From an uncultured Solirubrobacterales bacterium (GTDB lineage Bacteria; Actinomycetota; Thermoleophilia; Solirubrobacterales; Solirubrobacteraceae), in the NCBI GenBank assembly GCA_963808385.1, contig CAWEFQ010000008.1, positions 16,476-80,475 on the forward strand: 64,000 bases of DNA, read 5' to 3'. The position numbers and the translations under genes are program-made. Each line of letters begins with the position of its first letter. Within the stretch, counting starts at the first letter, position 1. Positions 46,488-55,819 of this stretch are shown in pieces. Below the pieces are notes generated by a model, which had not been told where the DNA came from, made no database searches, and was given only the letters and a program-made list of their open reading frames with translations.

Positions 46488-48654
46488 CGCTTGAACCCTC
46501 CATGTCTGTGAGGTGGAAGATCTGATGTCCGTCGAGCCTCGCTCGGCGTCCTGGGGGAATCGCAAAGGTGGTCGCCGAGTGCTCGACGATCGCCGGACCG
46601 TGGATCGAGTTGCCCGCCTGCACGGACTCGAGCTGGAAGATCTCAGTCTCGACGAACTGATCGCGACTGGCGCGGCCCCAGTGGACCGGCCTGACCGTCT
46701 TGACGGGCGGCTTGCCCGGCACCTCGGGCAGCCGCGGCAGTGCGGGCTTCTCCACATCGACCGTGCCATGAACGATCGCGTGGGTGACCAGGTAGCCGAA
46801 CTCCGGCGAGCGCGCCGAGGACGCGAACATCTTCGCGTAGGCATCCTCAAAGGTGGCGATGAGATCGTCCACGTGCGAGGCGTCCTGCAGCGCGGCGTGC
46901 GGAGAGACGAACTCGATGTCGTTGAGCTGACCGTAGTACTGCATACGCACCGCGTGCGTGAAGCGGATGCTCTCGCGCCCGATCCCCGACTTCTCGAACT
47001 CCTGGGCTACACGGCTCTGAAGGCCAAGCCAGGCGCCGGTGATCATGGACCCGATTCCCGCCCGTTCCGCCTCGCCGAACGTCGGCAGCAGCGGCATGTC
47101 CACAGTCTGATCGTAGCGGTAGTCGAAGTCGGCGCACGCACAGCCGAACGCCGAGAAGCCAGCGGCCCACGCGGGCACGAGCACCTCATTGTAGGTGACC
47201 CCGTCGGTGTACCCAGAGACATGGAGCGGCCCGCCCCCTCCATAGCAGAGGAGCGTGTAGTCGGCGGGCGAGTAGCCCTTGCCGAGGATCCGCCCGACCG
47301 CCTCGTTCTTGAGCGTCTGCTCGAACAGCTCGATGACTCCGGCGGCGGCCGCGTCGACCGCCAGGCCGAGCGGCCGTGCGATCTGGCGCTCGATAGCGGC
47401 GCGCGCGAGCTCGACGTCCAGCTCGACCTCGCCGCCGAGGAAGTACTCGGGGTTCAGGCGACCGAGCACCAGGTTCAGGTCGGTGACCGACACCGTCTCG
47501 AGGCCTCCCTGCGGCCAGCACACGCCGATGCGCGACCCCGCCGAGTCGGGCCCGAGCTCCGGCCGGTTGGAGTTCGGGTTCACGCGCACGAACGACCCGG
47601 TGCCGGCGCCGATCGAATCGATCCGGACGAGGGGAATGTTCAGGACGAATTTCGCGATGTCGGGCGTCTGGGTGATCTCGAAGCGCCCGTCGGTGATCAG
47701 CGCGATGTCGAACGAGGTGCCGCCGATGTCGGTGCAGAGCACGTTGCGCAACCCCATCCGCTGGGCGAGCGCCTGCCCGCCGACCACGCCGCCGACCGGG
47801 CCGGAGACGAGCGTTCGTCCCAGCTCCTTCGCCTCGATCGAGATCGTGCCGCCGTGCGCAGCCATGACTCGCAGCTCGAACGGAGCGCCGTGAGCCTTGG
47901 TGACGTCACGCACCGCCTTCAGGGTGGCGCGCGAGGGCTCCGCGGCGTACGCCTCGATCACCGTGGCGTTCAGCCGCGGCAGGTCCCGGCGCATGGGATA
48001 GAGCTGGGATGAGAGGAACAACGGCACCTCGCCGTTGAGACCTCGCTTGGCCTTCTCCTCCTCGACGAGCTCGCCCACTCGCAGCTCGTGCTGGGGATTG
48101 CGGAAGGAGAACAGCAGCGAGATCACGATCCCCTCCACCCCGTCGTCCAAGAGCTCGGCGGCCGCCTCGCGCACATCCTGCTCGCGCAGCGGGAGGACCT
48201 CGTCGCCGAACACGTCGATGCGCCCACGCACACCCTTCATCTGCGCGCGGGCGACCAGCGGCTCGTTGTGGAAGTGCGTCGCCAGGTGAAGGCGGTCGGA
48301 GTAGGAAAAGCCGAGGTGCGTCTGGACGCCACGCTCGAGCCGCAGGTAGTCCTCGTGGCCGGCGTTGACGATGCAGCCGATTCTCAGCCCCTGGCGTTGG
48401 AGCAGCCGATTGAGCATCGCCGTTCCCGAGTAGATGCCCGACACGATCGCTGCGAACCCCTCCTCGGGCGTCGAGTCCCACTGGCTGAGCGCGTCGCGCG
48501 CTGAGGCCATGAAGCCAATCGACTCGTCCTCGGGAGTCGTCTGCGCCTTGCCGACGACAAACGAGCCGCGCTCATCCACGATGAACGTGTCGGTCATCGT
48601 GCCGCCCGCGTCGATCGCAAGCACGCGGGGGATTTGTGCACCGTTCTCAGACAT
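46474..48654 (-). CDS. acxA: Acetone carboxylase beta-like subunit (hydantoinase A/oxoprolinase family)
   Basis: IDAGGTMTDTF, VGKAQTTP.DES, SGTAMLNR, SYSDRLH, TLVSGPVGGVVG, DIGGTSFD. Confidence 0.9.
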   Translation of the reverse strand: MSENGAQIPRVLAIDAGGTMTDTFIVDERGSFVVGKAQTTPEDESIGFMASARDALSQWDSTPEEGFAAIVSGIYSGTAMLNRLLQRQGLRIGCIVNAGHEDYLRLERGVQTHLGFSYSDRLHLATHFHNEPLVARAQMKGVRGRIDVFGDEVLPLREQDVREAAAELLDDGVEGIVISLLFSFRNPQHELRVGELVEEEKAKRGLNGEVPLFLSSQLYPMRRDLPRLNATVIEAYAAEPSRATLKAVRDVTKAHGAPFELRVMAAHGGTISIEAKELGRTLVSGPVGGVVGGQALAQRMGLRNVLCTDIGGTSFDIALITDGRFEITQTPDIAKFVLNIPLVRIDSIGAGTGSFVRVNPNSNRPELGPDSAGSRIGVCWPQGGLETVSVTDLNLVLGRLNPEYFLGGEVELDVELARAAIERQIARPLGLAVDAAAAGVIELFEQTLKNEAVGRILGKGYSPADYTLLCYGGGGPLHVSGYTDGVTYNEVLVPAWAAGFSAFGCACADFDYRYDQTVDMPLLPTFGEAERAGIGSMITGAWLGLQSRVAQEFEKSGIGRESIRFTHAVRMQYYGQLNDIEFVSPHAALQDASHVDDLIATFEDAYAKMFASSARSPEFGYLVTHAIVHGTVDVEKPALPRLPEVPGKPPVKTVRPVHWGRASRDQFVETEIFQLESVQAGNSIHGPAIVEHSATTFAIPPGRRARLDGHQIFHLTDMEGSSDGHR

Positions 48655-48676
48655 CCAACCTCCTCACCTCATCCGT

Positions 48677-49402
48677 TCAATCGAAGCTACCAGGCGCGAC
48701 CTCTTGAGCGCTGGCGGAGCGACGCGTCGGGGACGACGGTCCTACGCGGGCGGCGTCTGTGGTGGCGAGCTGGGAGATGAGCTGCTCCAGCCCGGGCCAG
48801 ATCAGGTCGATGAGCCAATCGGCCAGTTCCTCGGGGGGGATGTCGGGGTGCCTGTGCCACCACAGGGACAGCGACTCGTAGGCGCCGGCGACGGCGAGCG
48901 TCATCGCCTCGAGCCTCGTCCGGCCGTCGTGGTCGGGCGCCGTCCCGGAGGACTCGGCCATGAGGCGGATCATGAGGTCTGCTTGGCGGCGCCTGATCAG
49001 CGCGGCCTCGGCGGCGAAGCGGGCGTCTCTGGCCGGCTCGTCGTCGAACAGAACGATCCAGGCCTGAAGTTGGTCTCCCAGGAACCGGAAGTAGGCGATC
49101 GATCCCGCCCGCAGGCGCGCTCGCGGGTCGGACTCCTTGTATACCGCCGTGGCCACTTGGTCGGCGAGGGCCTCTCCGGTGCGACGAACGCACGTCGTGA
49201 AGAGCTGCTCCTTGGAGCCGAAGTGGTCGTAGATCACGGGCTTCGACACGCCGGCGCGCCGGGCGAGCTCGTCCATCGACGCCGCCTGGAAGCCGCGCTC
49301 GGCGAAGAGCCGATCCGCCAGATCGAGCAGTTGCTCTGAGCGCACGGCGCGGGGCACCCGCCCGGGTCGGTAGCCCTTTACGAGTGTGTTGGTGGAGGCC
49401 AT
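48677..49402 (-). CDS. TetR-family regulator
   Basis: LFAERGF..ASMDELARRAGVSKPVIYDHFGSKE. Confidence 0.93.
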   Translation of the reverse strand: MASTNTLVKGYRPGRVPRAVRSEQLLDLADRLFAERGFQAASMDELARRAGVSKPVIYDHFGSKEQLFTTCVRRTGEALADQVATAVYKESDPRARLRAGSIAYFRFLGDQLQAWIVLFDDEPARDARFAAEAALIRRRQADLMIRLMAESSGTAPDHDGRTRLEAMTLAVAGAYESLSLWWHRHPDIPPEELADWLIDLIWPGLEQLISQLATTDAARVGPSSPTRRSASAQEVAPGSFD

Positions 49403-49411
49403 AGAATAATT

Positions 49412-49452
49412 CTACCATTAGTAGGCTACTTATGGTAGGTTACCGGAAGTAA
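49412..49452. promoter_or_regulatory. Three tandem 13-bp palindromes (C/T)TAC-N5-GTA(G/A), probable TetR operators
   Basis: CTACCATTAGTAG, CTACTTATGGTAG, TTACCGGAAGTAA with a 14-bp period in the divergent promoter region. Confidence 0.75.
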
Positions 49453-49507
49453 GGATCCTAGACCCACAACAACACCCATTGGTCCCGCCTACTCGAAAGA
49501 GGTCGCA

Positions 49508-50371
49508 ATGAGAGGCTCCCCGTTCTTCGATGGCATCTCCCAGATGGAGGGGAAGCTGGGCGATGAGGTTGTGCGGCTTCCGGTCTTCTATTACGACGGC
49601 ACCGCCACGCAAGCAGTGTTCGCGGCCCGCCTGGGGGCGCTGCGCCGGCTGATGCCCGACCCGCGTTTCTGCCCCGCCCGGCTGGCGCCGGGCCTTGGAG
49701 CGGTCGCAATCACCTGCTTCGAATACCGCGACACCGACATCGGCCCCTACAACGAGCTGGCGATCTCGGTGGTGCTGAACGAGCCGTGGTTCCTCCCGAA
49801 CCTGCCGGGCAGGGCTCTGGTCTCGAGTCTGCGCAGACGTCAGCTGCACGCCTGGATTCAGCACCTGCCGGTCACGACCGAGATCGCGCGGGCGTACGGC
49901 GCCGAAATGAACTATCCGAAGTTCGTCGCAGGGATCGACTTCGAGCAGACCGCCACCGACCGCGCCTGCCGCCTGAGCGAGGGAGAGGAGCACATCCTCA
50001 CCCTCTCGGGCGGTCTGATCCAGACGCCGCGCAGCGAGCAGTCCCAGCTCTTCTGCCATACCTGGATGGACCGTCAACCGCAGAGCGCCGAGTTCAAGAT
50101 CAACGCCACCCAGGTGGGCGTGAGCCTGCGGCCCGGAGCCGCGACGCTCGAGTTGGGCGAGCGTCACCCGATCGCCCTGGAGCTCGCGGGCCTGCTCCTC
50201 TCGAGGCGCCCGATCCAGTACCAGTACATATCTCGCTTCGAAGGGATCCTCTACGGCACCGAGCACCTCTCGCTGCCGCTGATCGATCGTGTCGCGACGC
50301 AATTCGCCGTCCACCCACCCGCCGGCGTTGCCGCCGACGCCACCGTCGGCGCTCCGGCGCAGCCGGCATAG
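49508..50371 (+). CDS. Acetoacetate decarboxylase superfamily protein, copy 2
   Basis: Long identical blocks shared with copy 1; MNYPK. Confidence 0.9.
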   Translation: MRGSPFFDGISQMEGKLGDEVVRLPVFYYDGTATQAVFAARLGALRRLMPDPRFCPARLAPGLGAVAITCFEYRDTDIGPYNELAISVVLNEPWFLPNLPGRALVSSLRRRQLHAWIQHLPVTTEIARAYGAEMNYPKFVAGIDFEQTATDRACRLSEGEEHILTLSGGLIQTPRSEQSQLFCHTWMDRQPQSAEFKINATQVGVSLRPGAATLELGERHPIALELAGLLLSRRPIQYQYISRFEGILYGTEHLSLPLIDRVATQFAVHPPAGVAADATVGAPAQPA

Positions 50372-50383
50372 GCGGGTGCGGCG

Positions 50384-51931
50384 ATGACATCGATCACGCC
50401 GGAGCGTTCTCTGGACGAGCAGTTCCCCCGCGTCGCTTCGAACGGCGGCGGCCTGGATGTGCGCGAGCTCGAGCGGCTTCGCACACGCGCCCACCGCTTC
50501 GCCGAGGAGCACGTGCGTCCGCGGGCGCTTGAGATCGACCGTCGCACCGGCGAGGATCCGAGCTGGTTCGATTGGGACCTCGTGCGCGCGGGCGCCGCGC
50601 ACGGGATGCTCAGCTTTCTGATCCCCAAGCCCGCGGGCGGCGATGGCGGCCTCTCCACGCAGGCCGCGGTCGTGATGGAGGAGCTGTGCGCCGCCTGTCC
50701 CGGGATCGCCCTGATCTTCGGCGCCCACGCGCTCGGGATCTCGCCTCTGCTGCTGGGCGGTCCCTCGCAGTGGGATGGCGTGCTGAGCGAGCTCGTCGCC
50801 TCCGAAAGCACCCGAGAGCCGCTGCTGATGGCGTGCGCGATCACCGAGCCCGAAGCCGGCACCGACGTGGAGGACCCGGACCTCCTGCGCCACGCGCGCA
50901 TCACAAGCCACGCTCGCCGTGTGCCGGGCGGCTTTCGCCTGAGCGGCACCAAGCGGTTCATCTCCAACGGCAGCGTCGCACGGTGGATCACGCTCCTTAT
51001 GCCCACCGACCCCAGGTGCCCGGCGGAGAGCTGGACCTGCTTCCTGGTGGACGCCCACAGCGAGGGGTTCGCGGTCGCCCGCGCCGAGCACAAGATGGGC
51101 CAGCGCGCCTGTCCCGCCGCCGAATTGACATTCGACGGCGTTTTCGTTCCCGACGAGCGGGTTGTGGGCCGGGAGGGAGACGGAGCGACTGAGACGACGA
51201 TCGTGCTCGCCTGCTCGCGTCCGCCGGTCGGGGCGATCGCGACCGGTATCGCTCGCGGAGCCTACGAGCGCGTGCTGGGCTGGCTGCAGGAGGACAGCGC
51301 CGCCAGGGGTTTGCTCGAGCGCCAGCACGTGCAGCTGGCCTTGGCTGGCATGGAGGAGGATATCCACCTCGCGCGCCAGATCTACATGGACGCCGCCACC
51401 GAGCTCGACCACGTGGCGCTCGGCGGCGTCATGTCCCACCCGGCCGTCCGCGCCCTCGGACATGTGCCGGCCGGCATTCGCAGCCGGGCGCCCGTTCGCG
51501 GTTGGCTTCACTCAGACCGCGCGCGCGACGCCACCGTCGCGCTGCTGCGCCGCACCACGAGCGAGCGCGCGGTCACCCGCTCGCTCGCTCTCTCCTCGAT
51601 GGCCAAGGCGCGTGGCGGCGACGTGGCGATGCGCGTCACCGGCGCGGCGCTCGAGCTCGTCGGTCTGCGCTCAGGTCCGGTCAGGGCGGAGCTCGAGAAG
51701 CTCTGGCGTGACGCCAAGCTGTGCCAGATCTACGAGGGCACCAACCAGCTCAACCGCCTCGAGGTCTACCGCGGACTGTGCCACTCGGAGACGATCAGCT
51801 GCCTGCCGCCGCTGCGCCGCATCCAGCTCGACACGGATGCGCCAGCTCGCGCGAACGCAGACACGCGCGCCCATCTGCAAGCGGACATCCCCCAACACAC
51901 AAGCGTCGACGGAGATGGACGTCAATCATGA
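50384..51931 (+). CDS. Acyl-CoA dehydrogenase with a ~60-aa insertion
   Basis: AITEPEAGTD, GTKRFISNG, KMGQRA, EKLWRDAKLCQIYEGTNQ. Confidence 0.93.
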   Translation: MTSITPERSLDEQFPRVASNGGGLDVRELERLRTRAHRFAEEHVRPRALEIDRRTGEDPSWFDWDLVRAGAAHGMLSFLIPKPAGGDGGLSTQAAVVMEELCAACPGIALIFGAHALGISPLLLGGPSQWDGVLSELVASESTREPLLMACAITEPEAGTDVEDPDLLRHARITSHARRVPGGFRLSGTKRFISNGSVARWITLLMPTDPRCPAESWTCFLVDAHSEGFAVARAEHKMGQRACPAAELTFDGVFVPDERVVGREGDGATETTIVLACSRPPVGAIATGIARGAYERVLGWLQEDSAARGLLERQHVQLALAGMEEDIHLARQIYMDAATELDHVALGGVMSHPAVRALGHVPAGIRSRAPVRGWLHSDRARDATVALLRRTTSERAVTRSLALSSMAKARGGDVAMRVTGAALELVGLRSGPVRAELEKLWRDAKLCQIYEGTNQLNRLEVYRGLCHSETISCLPPLRRIQLDTDAPARANADTRAHLQADIPQHTSVDGDGRQS

Positions 51932-53046
51932 CCGTGACCACCGTGACCACCGCCGCCGAGCGCGCCGAGATACGGATGATGGCGCGCGAGCTGGCCCAAC
52001 GCGAGCTGGCGCCGCGGGCCGCGGCACTCGACGCGGGCAGCGAGGACGCCATGCACGAGTGCTGGCGTCTGCTCGTCGAGCTCGGGCTCGACCGCGCGCT
52101 GCTGAGCGAGCACCACGGAGGCGCCGGATTGGGAATTCCCGACCTGCTGGTCACGATCCAGGAGCTGGCCGTCGGCGACGGCGGGATCGCGATGAGCGCG
52201 CTGCTCTGCAACGCCGCCCTGGCGACGCTCACCGGCGAGCAGCTCGCCGGTGTCCCGGCGGGGACACGCTGGGCGCTCGTGCCGGCCGCGCTCGGAACAG
52301 AGGTGACGATCTCAGACGGACAGCTGGACGGCGGGATCGCCTGCGCGCTGGGCGCGCACGACGCCGACGGTCTCGTGATCCTCCTCGACGGGCCCGCGCC
52401 CGCCGCATGGGCGCTCGACACCAGCACGAGCGGCTGTGAGATCGAACGCGACCTCGCGCAGATGGGCCTGCGCGCGGCGCCCGCGGCAGCGATCGAGCTG
52501 ACCGGCGTCAGCCCCGCGCCCGCGCTGGATGGGTCAGACAGCCGGACAGACGGCGAGTCCGCGCAGCTGGGCGCGGCAGGCGCGCTCGCGCTGCTGCGAG
52601 CAGGCACAGCGACGATCGCACACGGGATCACGCGGCGCGCCTATGAGATGGCGCTCGAGTACGCCCACGCCCGCCAGCAGGGCGGCGTGGCGATCATCGA
52701 GCACGACGCCGTCAGCGACATGCTCTCGGCGATGGCGGTGAGGCTGGCATGCTGGCCTGCAATCGCCCCCGCCCGAGCTCCCGCCCCTGCCGTGCTCGCA
52801 ATCGAGGAGACGCAGGCGCTCGCCGCCAAGATCGCCGCCACCGACGCCGCCGTGGCGAGCACGACCGACGCCGTGCAGGTGTTCGGCGGCACCGGCTACA
52901 TGGTCGAGACGGGGATCGAGAAGCTGATGCGCGACGCCAAGTACTGCCAGCTCTTCCCCGAGCCCAACCGGGTCGCCCACGACGAGCTGATGCGCTCAGA
53001 GCGCACCGGGCGCGCAGCGGGGATCGCCGGCGAGGCGGCGAGCTGA
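51928..53046 (+). CDS. Degenerate acyl-CoA dehydrogenase (possible non-catalytic partner subunit)
   Basis: MGLRA, ALEYAHARQQGG, AVQVFGGTGYM..IEKLMRDAK; lacks TEP.AGSD and IYEGT; ATGA coupling. Confidence 0.85.
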   Translation: MTVTTVTTAAERAEIRMMARELAQRELAPRAAALDAGSEDAMHECWRLLVELGLDRALLSEHHGGAGLGIPDLLVTIQELAVGDGGIAMSALLCNAALATLTGEQLAGVPAGTRWALVPAALGTEVTISDGQLDGGIACALGAHDADGLVILLDGPAPAAWALDTSTSGCEIERDLAQMGLRAAPAAAIELTGVSPAPALDGSDSRTDGESAQLGAAGALALLRAGTATIAHGITRRAYEMALEYAHARQQGGVAIIEHDAVSDMLSAMAVRLACWPAIAPARAPAPAVLAIEETQALAAKIAATDAAVASTTDAVQVFGGTGYMVETGIEKLMRDAKYCQLFPEPNRVAHDELMRSERTGRAAGIAGEAAS

Positions 53047-53107
53047 GCGCCGGTCGGCTCCTGACAGTTCCCACGGCAAGGCCAGGAGCTCCGGCGAGTC
53101 CGCTTGA

Positions 53108-54748
53108 TCATCCTGATCTGAGGTCTGCGCCGAGCACCTCGTCCAGGAGGCCCGCGTAGCCCGCGTCGGCCTCCGGATCATAGCCGGGTATGAGGTGGCG
53201 GCGGACGTGCAGCGCCGCCGCGGCCGTCTCTCCGTCGGCGAGCAGGCACGCTGCCTGCAGCGCGCGCACGAGCAGGTCCAGCTGCCGGCGGAAATGGAGC
53301 GGCCCCTCCGCGAGCGAGCGCCGCAGCCGCGGAGCGAGCTCGTCGAGCGCCTCGGCGACCGTGGCCGCGTCGCCGTCGCCGGGAGGCAGGCGGCGGCGGA
53401 CTCGCTCGAGCACGAGGTCCAGCGCGTCGAGCCGGCCGAGGTCCCGCAGGACCTGGTCGCAGAGGATGTTGTGCGTCCCCTCCCAGCTCTCGAACACGAT
53501 CGCGTCGCGGTACAGGCGCGGCAGCGGCGAGAAGTCCTCGATCGTGCCGTTCCCGCCGAGCGCCTCGATCCCGCGGCGAACGCAGCTGGTCGCCGCCAGC
53601 GATGTGACGAACTTGTTCGCGTTCACGAGGATCCTGTGCCAGGCCATGTCCTCACCGTCGGCCGTGCCGGCGTCGATCTCCTCGACCAGCGCCGTCAGCT
53701 CGAGAGTCGATGCGAGGGCTGCCTGCTCCTCCACCTTCATCACGGCGAGGTTCTCACGCACGAGCGGGTAGTCGGCGATCCGGCGCCCGAACGCGGTGCG
53801 CAGGCGGGAGAAGCTCGCCGCCTCCAGGTAAGCTCGGCGCATCAGTCCTGTCGAGCCGAGCGCGTTCAGCCAGCGCGAGGTGTTCAGGACGACGCCGGCA
53901 GCGATGCGGAAGCCATCCTCCGGCGCGCCGATCGCGTACCCGAGCGCGTTCGTGAGCTCGATCTCGCCGGTGGCGAGCGCGCGCGTGCCGAGCTTGTCCT
54001 TCAGGCGGCGCAGCCGGAAACCGTTGGCGCTCCCGTCGGGGAGGCAGCGTGGAACGAGGAAGCAGCCGATCCCGCGTGTGCCTGCGGGCGCGCCCCGCGG
54101 CCGGGCGGTGAGCAGGAACTGGTCCGCGTCCGCGACCGAGCAGAACCACTTCTCGCCGGAGATACGCCAGGCCTGGCCATCGGGCACCGCCTCGACGCGG
54201 TTGGCGCCGACGTCGGACCCGCCCTGCACCTCGGTCAGAAACTGCGCTCCGCGCTGGCAGCGGTCGTAGTCGGGCTCGAGCAGCGCCGGCAGGAATCGCT
54301 CCTGCAGCTCCGGCGAGCCGTGGCGCCGCAGGACCCGGATCAGACCGGCCGTGCAGACGGCCGGACAGGTGTGGCCGCCCTCGCCGGCGTGCGCGAGCAG
54401 GTAGAGCAGCGCCGCCTGCTCGAACGCCGGCGCGCCGGCGACGCCGGAGGCCCAGACGGCGCGGCCGGCCTGCGCGTACTCGGGGTCGAACGTGACGCGC
54501 TGGGACTCGCGCCCGAGCGGATCCGCCGGCTCAAGCGACGGTGGGCGGAGCTCGAGCGCCCGGACGGCCGGCTCCACCACCATCGCGACGCCCTCGCCGA
54601 GCGCGCGCAGCCCCGGCTCGATCGCGCGCAGACCGTCATCGCCGAGCGCAGCGCGCAGCGACCGCGCTAGGTTCGGGGTAGCGTCGTAGAAGTTTGCCGC
54701 CCGAGCGGCCTGCCAGCGCTCGATCTCGGCGCGTGGGTCGGCCTCCAT
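53108..54748 (-). CDS. Acyl-CoA dehydrogenase, AidB-like
   Basis: FLTEVQGGSDVGAN, GEKWFCS, RRLKDKLGTR, ESWEGTHN. Confidence 0.92.
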   Translation of the reverse strand: MEADPRAEIERWQAARAANFYDATPNLARSLRAALGDDGLRAIEPGLRALGEGVAMVVEPAVRALELRPPSLEPADPLGRESQRVTFDPEYAQAGRAVWASGVAGAPAFEQAALLYLLAHAGEGGHTCPAVCTAGLIRVLRRHGSPELQERFLPALLEPDYDRCQRGAQFLTEVQGGSDVGANRVEAVPDGQAWRISGEKWFCSVADADQFLLTARPRGAPAGTRGIGCFLVPRCLPDGSANGFRLRRLKDKLGTRALATGEIELTNALGYAIGAPEDGFRIAAGVVLNTSRWLNALGSTGLMRRAYLEAASFSRLRTAFGRRIADYPLVRENLAVMKVEEQAALASTLELTALVEEIDAGTADGEDMAWHRILVNANKFVTSLAATSCVRRGIEALGGNGTIEDFSPLPRLYRDAIVFESWEGTHNILCDQVLRDLGRLDALDLVLERVRRRLPPGDGDAATVAEALDELAPRLRRSLAEGPLHFRRQLDLLVRALQAACLLADGETAAAALHVRRHLIPGYDPEADAGYAGLLDEVLGADLRSG

Positions 54749-54955
54749 CGGCCCACTCTAGTAAAATGGAGTGCATCGCGATGTGGGCTCCCGGTGTCGG
54801 TGGACCGCCATCGCGCGGGCGCTCTTGCGGCGAGGGCCCACACCAGGCCACGCATCCCGTCCGGTCTCGCCGGCGCTCAGTATCAGTAGTCCTCCGCTGC
54901 GGCTGACGGCCGATCGCGGATGTCTGCTCCGCGCGTACAGGGCACCCTCCCGGGC

Positions 54956-55756
54956 ATGACTACAACCACAGCCACATCACAGACCACGCCGCTTAGAGAG
55001 CTCATCGACCTCACCGGCCGCACCGCGATCGTCACCGGCGGCGCGATGGGCATCGGGCTCGGCATCGCCCGCCGCCTGCACGAGGCGGGCGCGAGCGTCC
55101 TCGTCGCAGACCTCGACCTGGCCGCCGGTGAGCGTGCGACCGAGGCCCTGTGCGCCTTGCGAGCGGGCAGTGCTCTGGCCGTGCACAGCGACGTCAGCGA
55201 TCCAGAGAGCGTTGAGCGCATGGTCAACGCAGCCGTCGGGAGCTTCGGCAGTCTCGACATCCTCGTCAACAACGCGGGGATCTATCCGATGCTCCCGCTG
55301 AGCGACCTCGACGTCGAGACGTTCCGCCGCGTCATCGACGTCAACCTGACCGGCCTGTTCCTGTGCACGAAGTCCGCGTCTGCGCGCATGATCGCCCAGG
55401 GCACGGGCGGGCGGATCGTCAACGTCACGTCGATCGACGCGCTGCATCCGTCGATGGTCGGACTGTCCCATTACGACGCGTCCAAGCACGGCGCCTGGGG
55501 CTTCACCAAGAACGTCGCCCTGGAGCTGGCGCCGCACAACATCGCGGTCAACGCGATCGCCCCGGGCGCGATCAGGACGCCGGGCACCGGTGACATGGAT
55601 GACGCCGCGCTGCAGGGCTTCCAGGCCATGATCCCGATGCGGCGGATGGGCGACCCCGATGACATCGGACGCGCGGCGCTGTTCCTCGCCTGCGATCTCT
55701 CCAGCTACATGACCGGCGCCCAGATCGTCGTCGACGGCGGACGGCTGCTGGCCTGA
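54956..55756 (+). CDS. Short-chain dehydrogenase/reductase
   Basis: TGGAMGIG, NNAG, YDASK, NAIAPG, VDGG. Confidence 0.95.
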   Translation: MTTTTATSQTTPLRELIDLTGRTAIVTGGAMGIGLGIARRLHEAGASVLVADLDLAAGERATEALCALRAGSALAVHSDVSDPESVERMVNAAVGSFGSLDILVNNAGIYPMLPLSDLDVETFRRVIDVNLTGLFLCTKSASARMIAQGTGGRIVNVTSIDALHPSMVGLSHYDASKHGAWGFTKNVALELAPHNIAVNAIAPGAIRTPGTGDMDDAALQGFQAMIPMRRMGDPDDIGRAALFLACDLSSYMTGAQIVVDGGRLLA

Positions 55757-55819
55757 AGACATGCTCAGGCTGTAGCTTCAATCGGTCGCGCGCGCGCCGC
55801 CGCGGCGAGCCAGGAGCAA

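Noticed and set aside
46488-46850. 121-aa N-terminal extension of the 1051-aa ORF
   Set aside because: Overlaps acxA in another frame; an SD-like GGAGGG precedes the ATG at 46487
42817-50371. Literal acetone/acetoacetate futile cycle
   Set aside because: ADC-superfamily membership does not establish acetoacetate decarboxylase activity; many members do other Schiff-base chemistry
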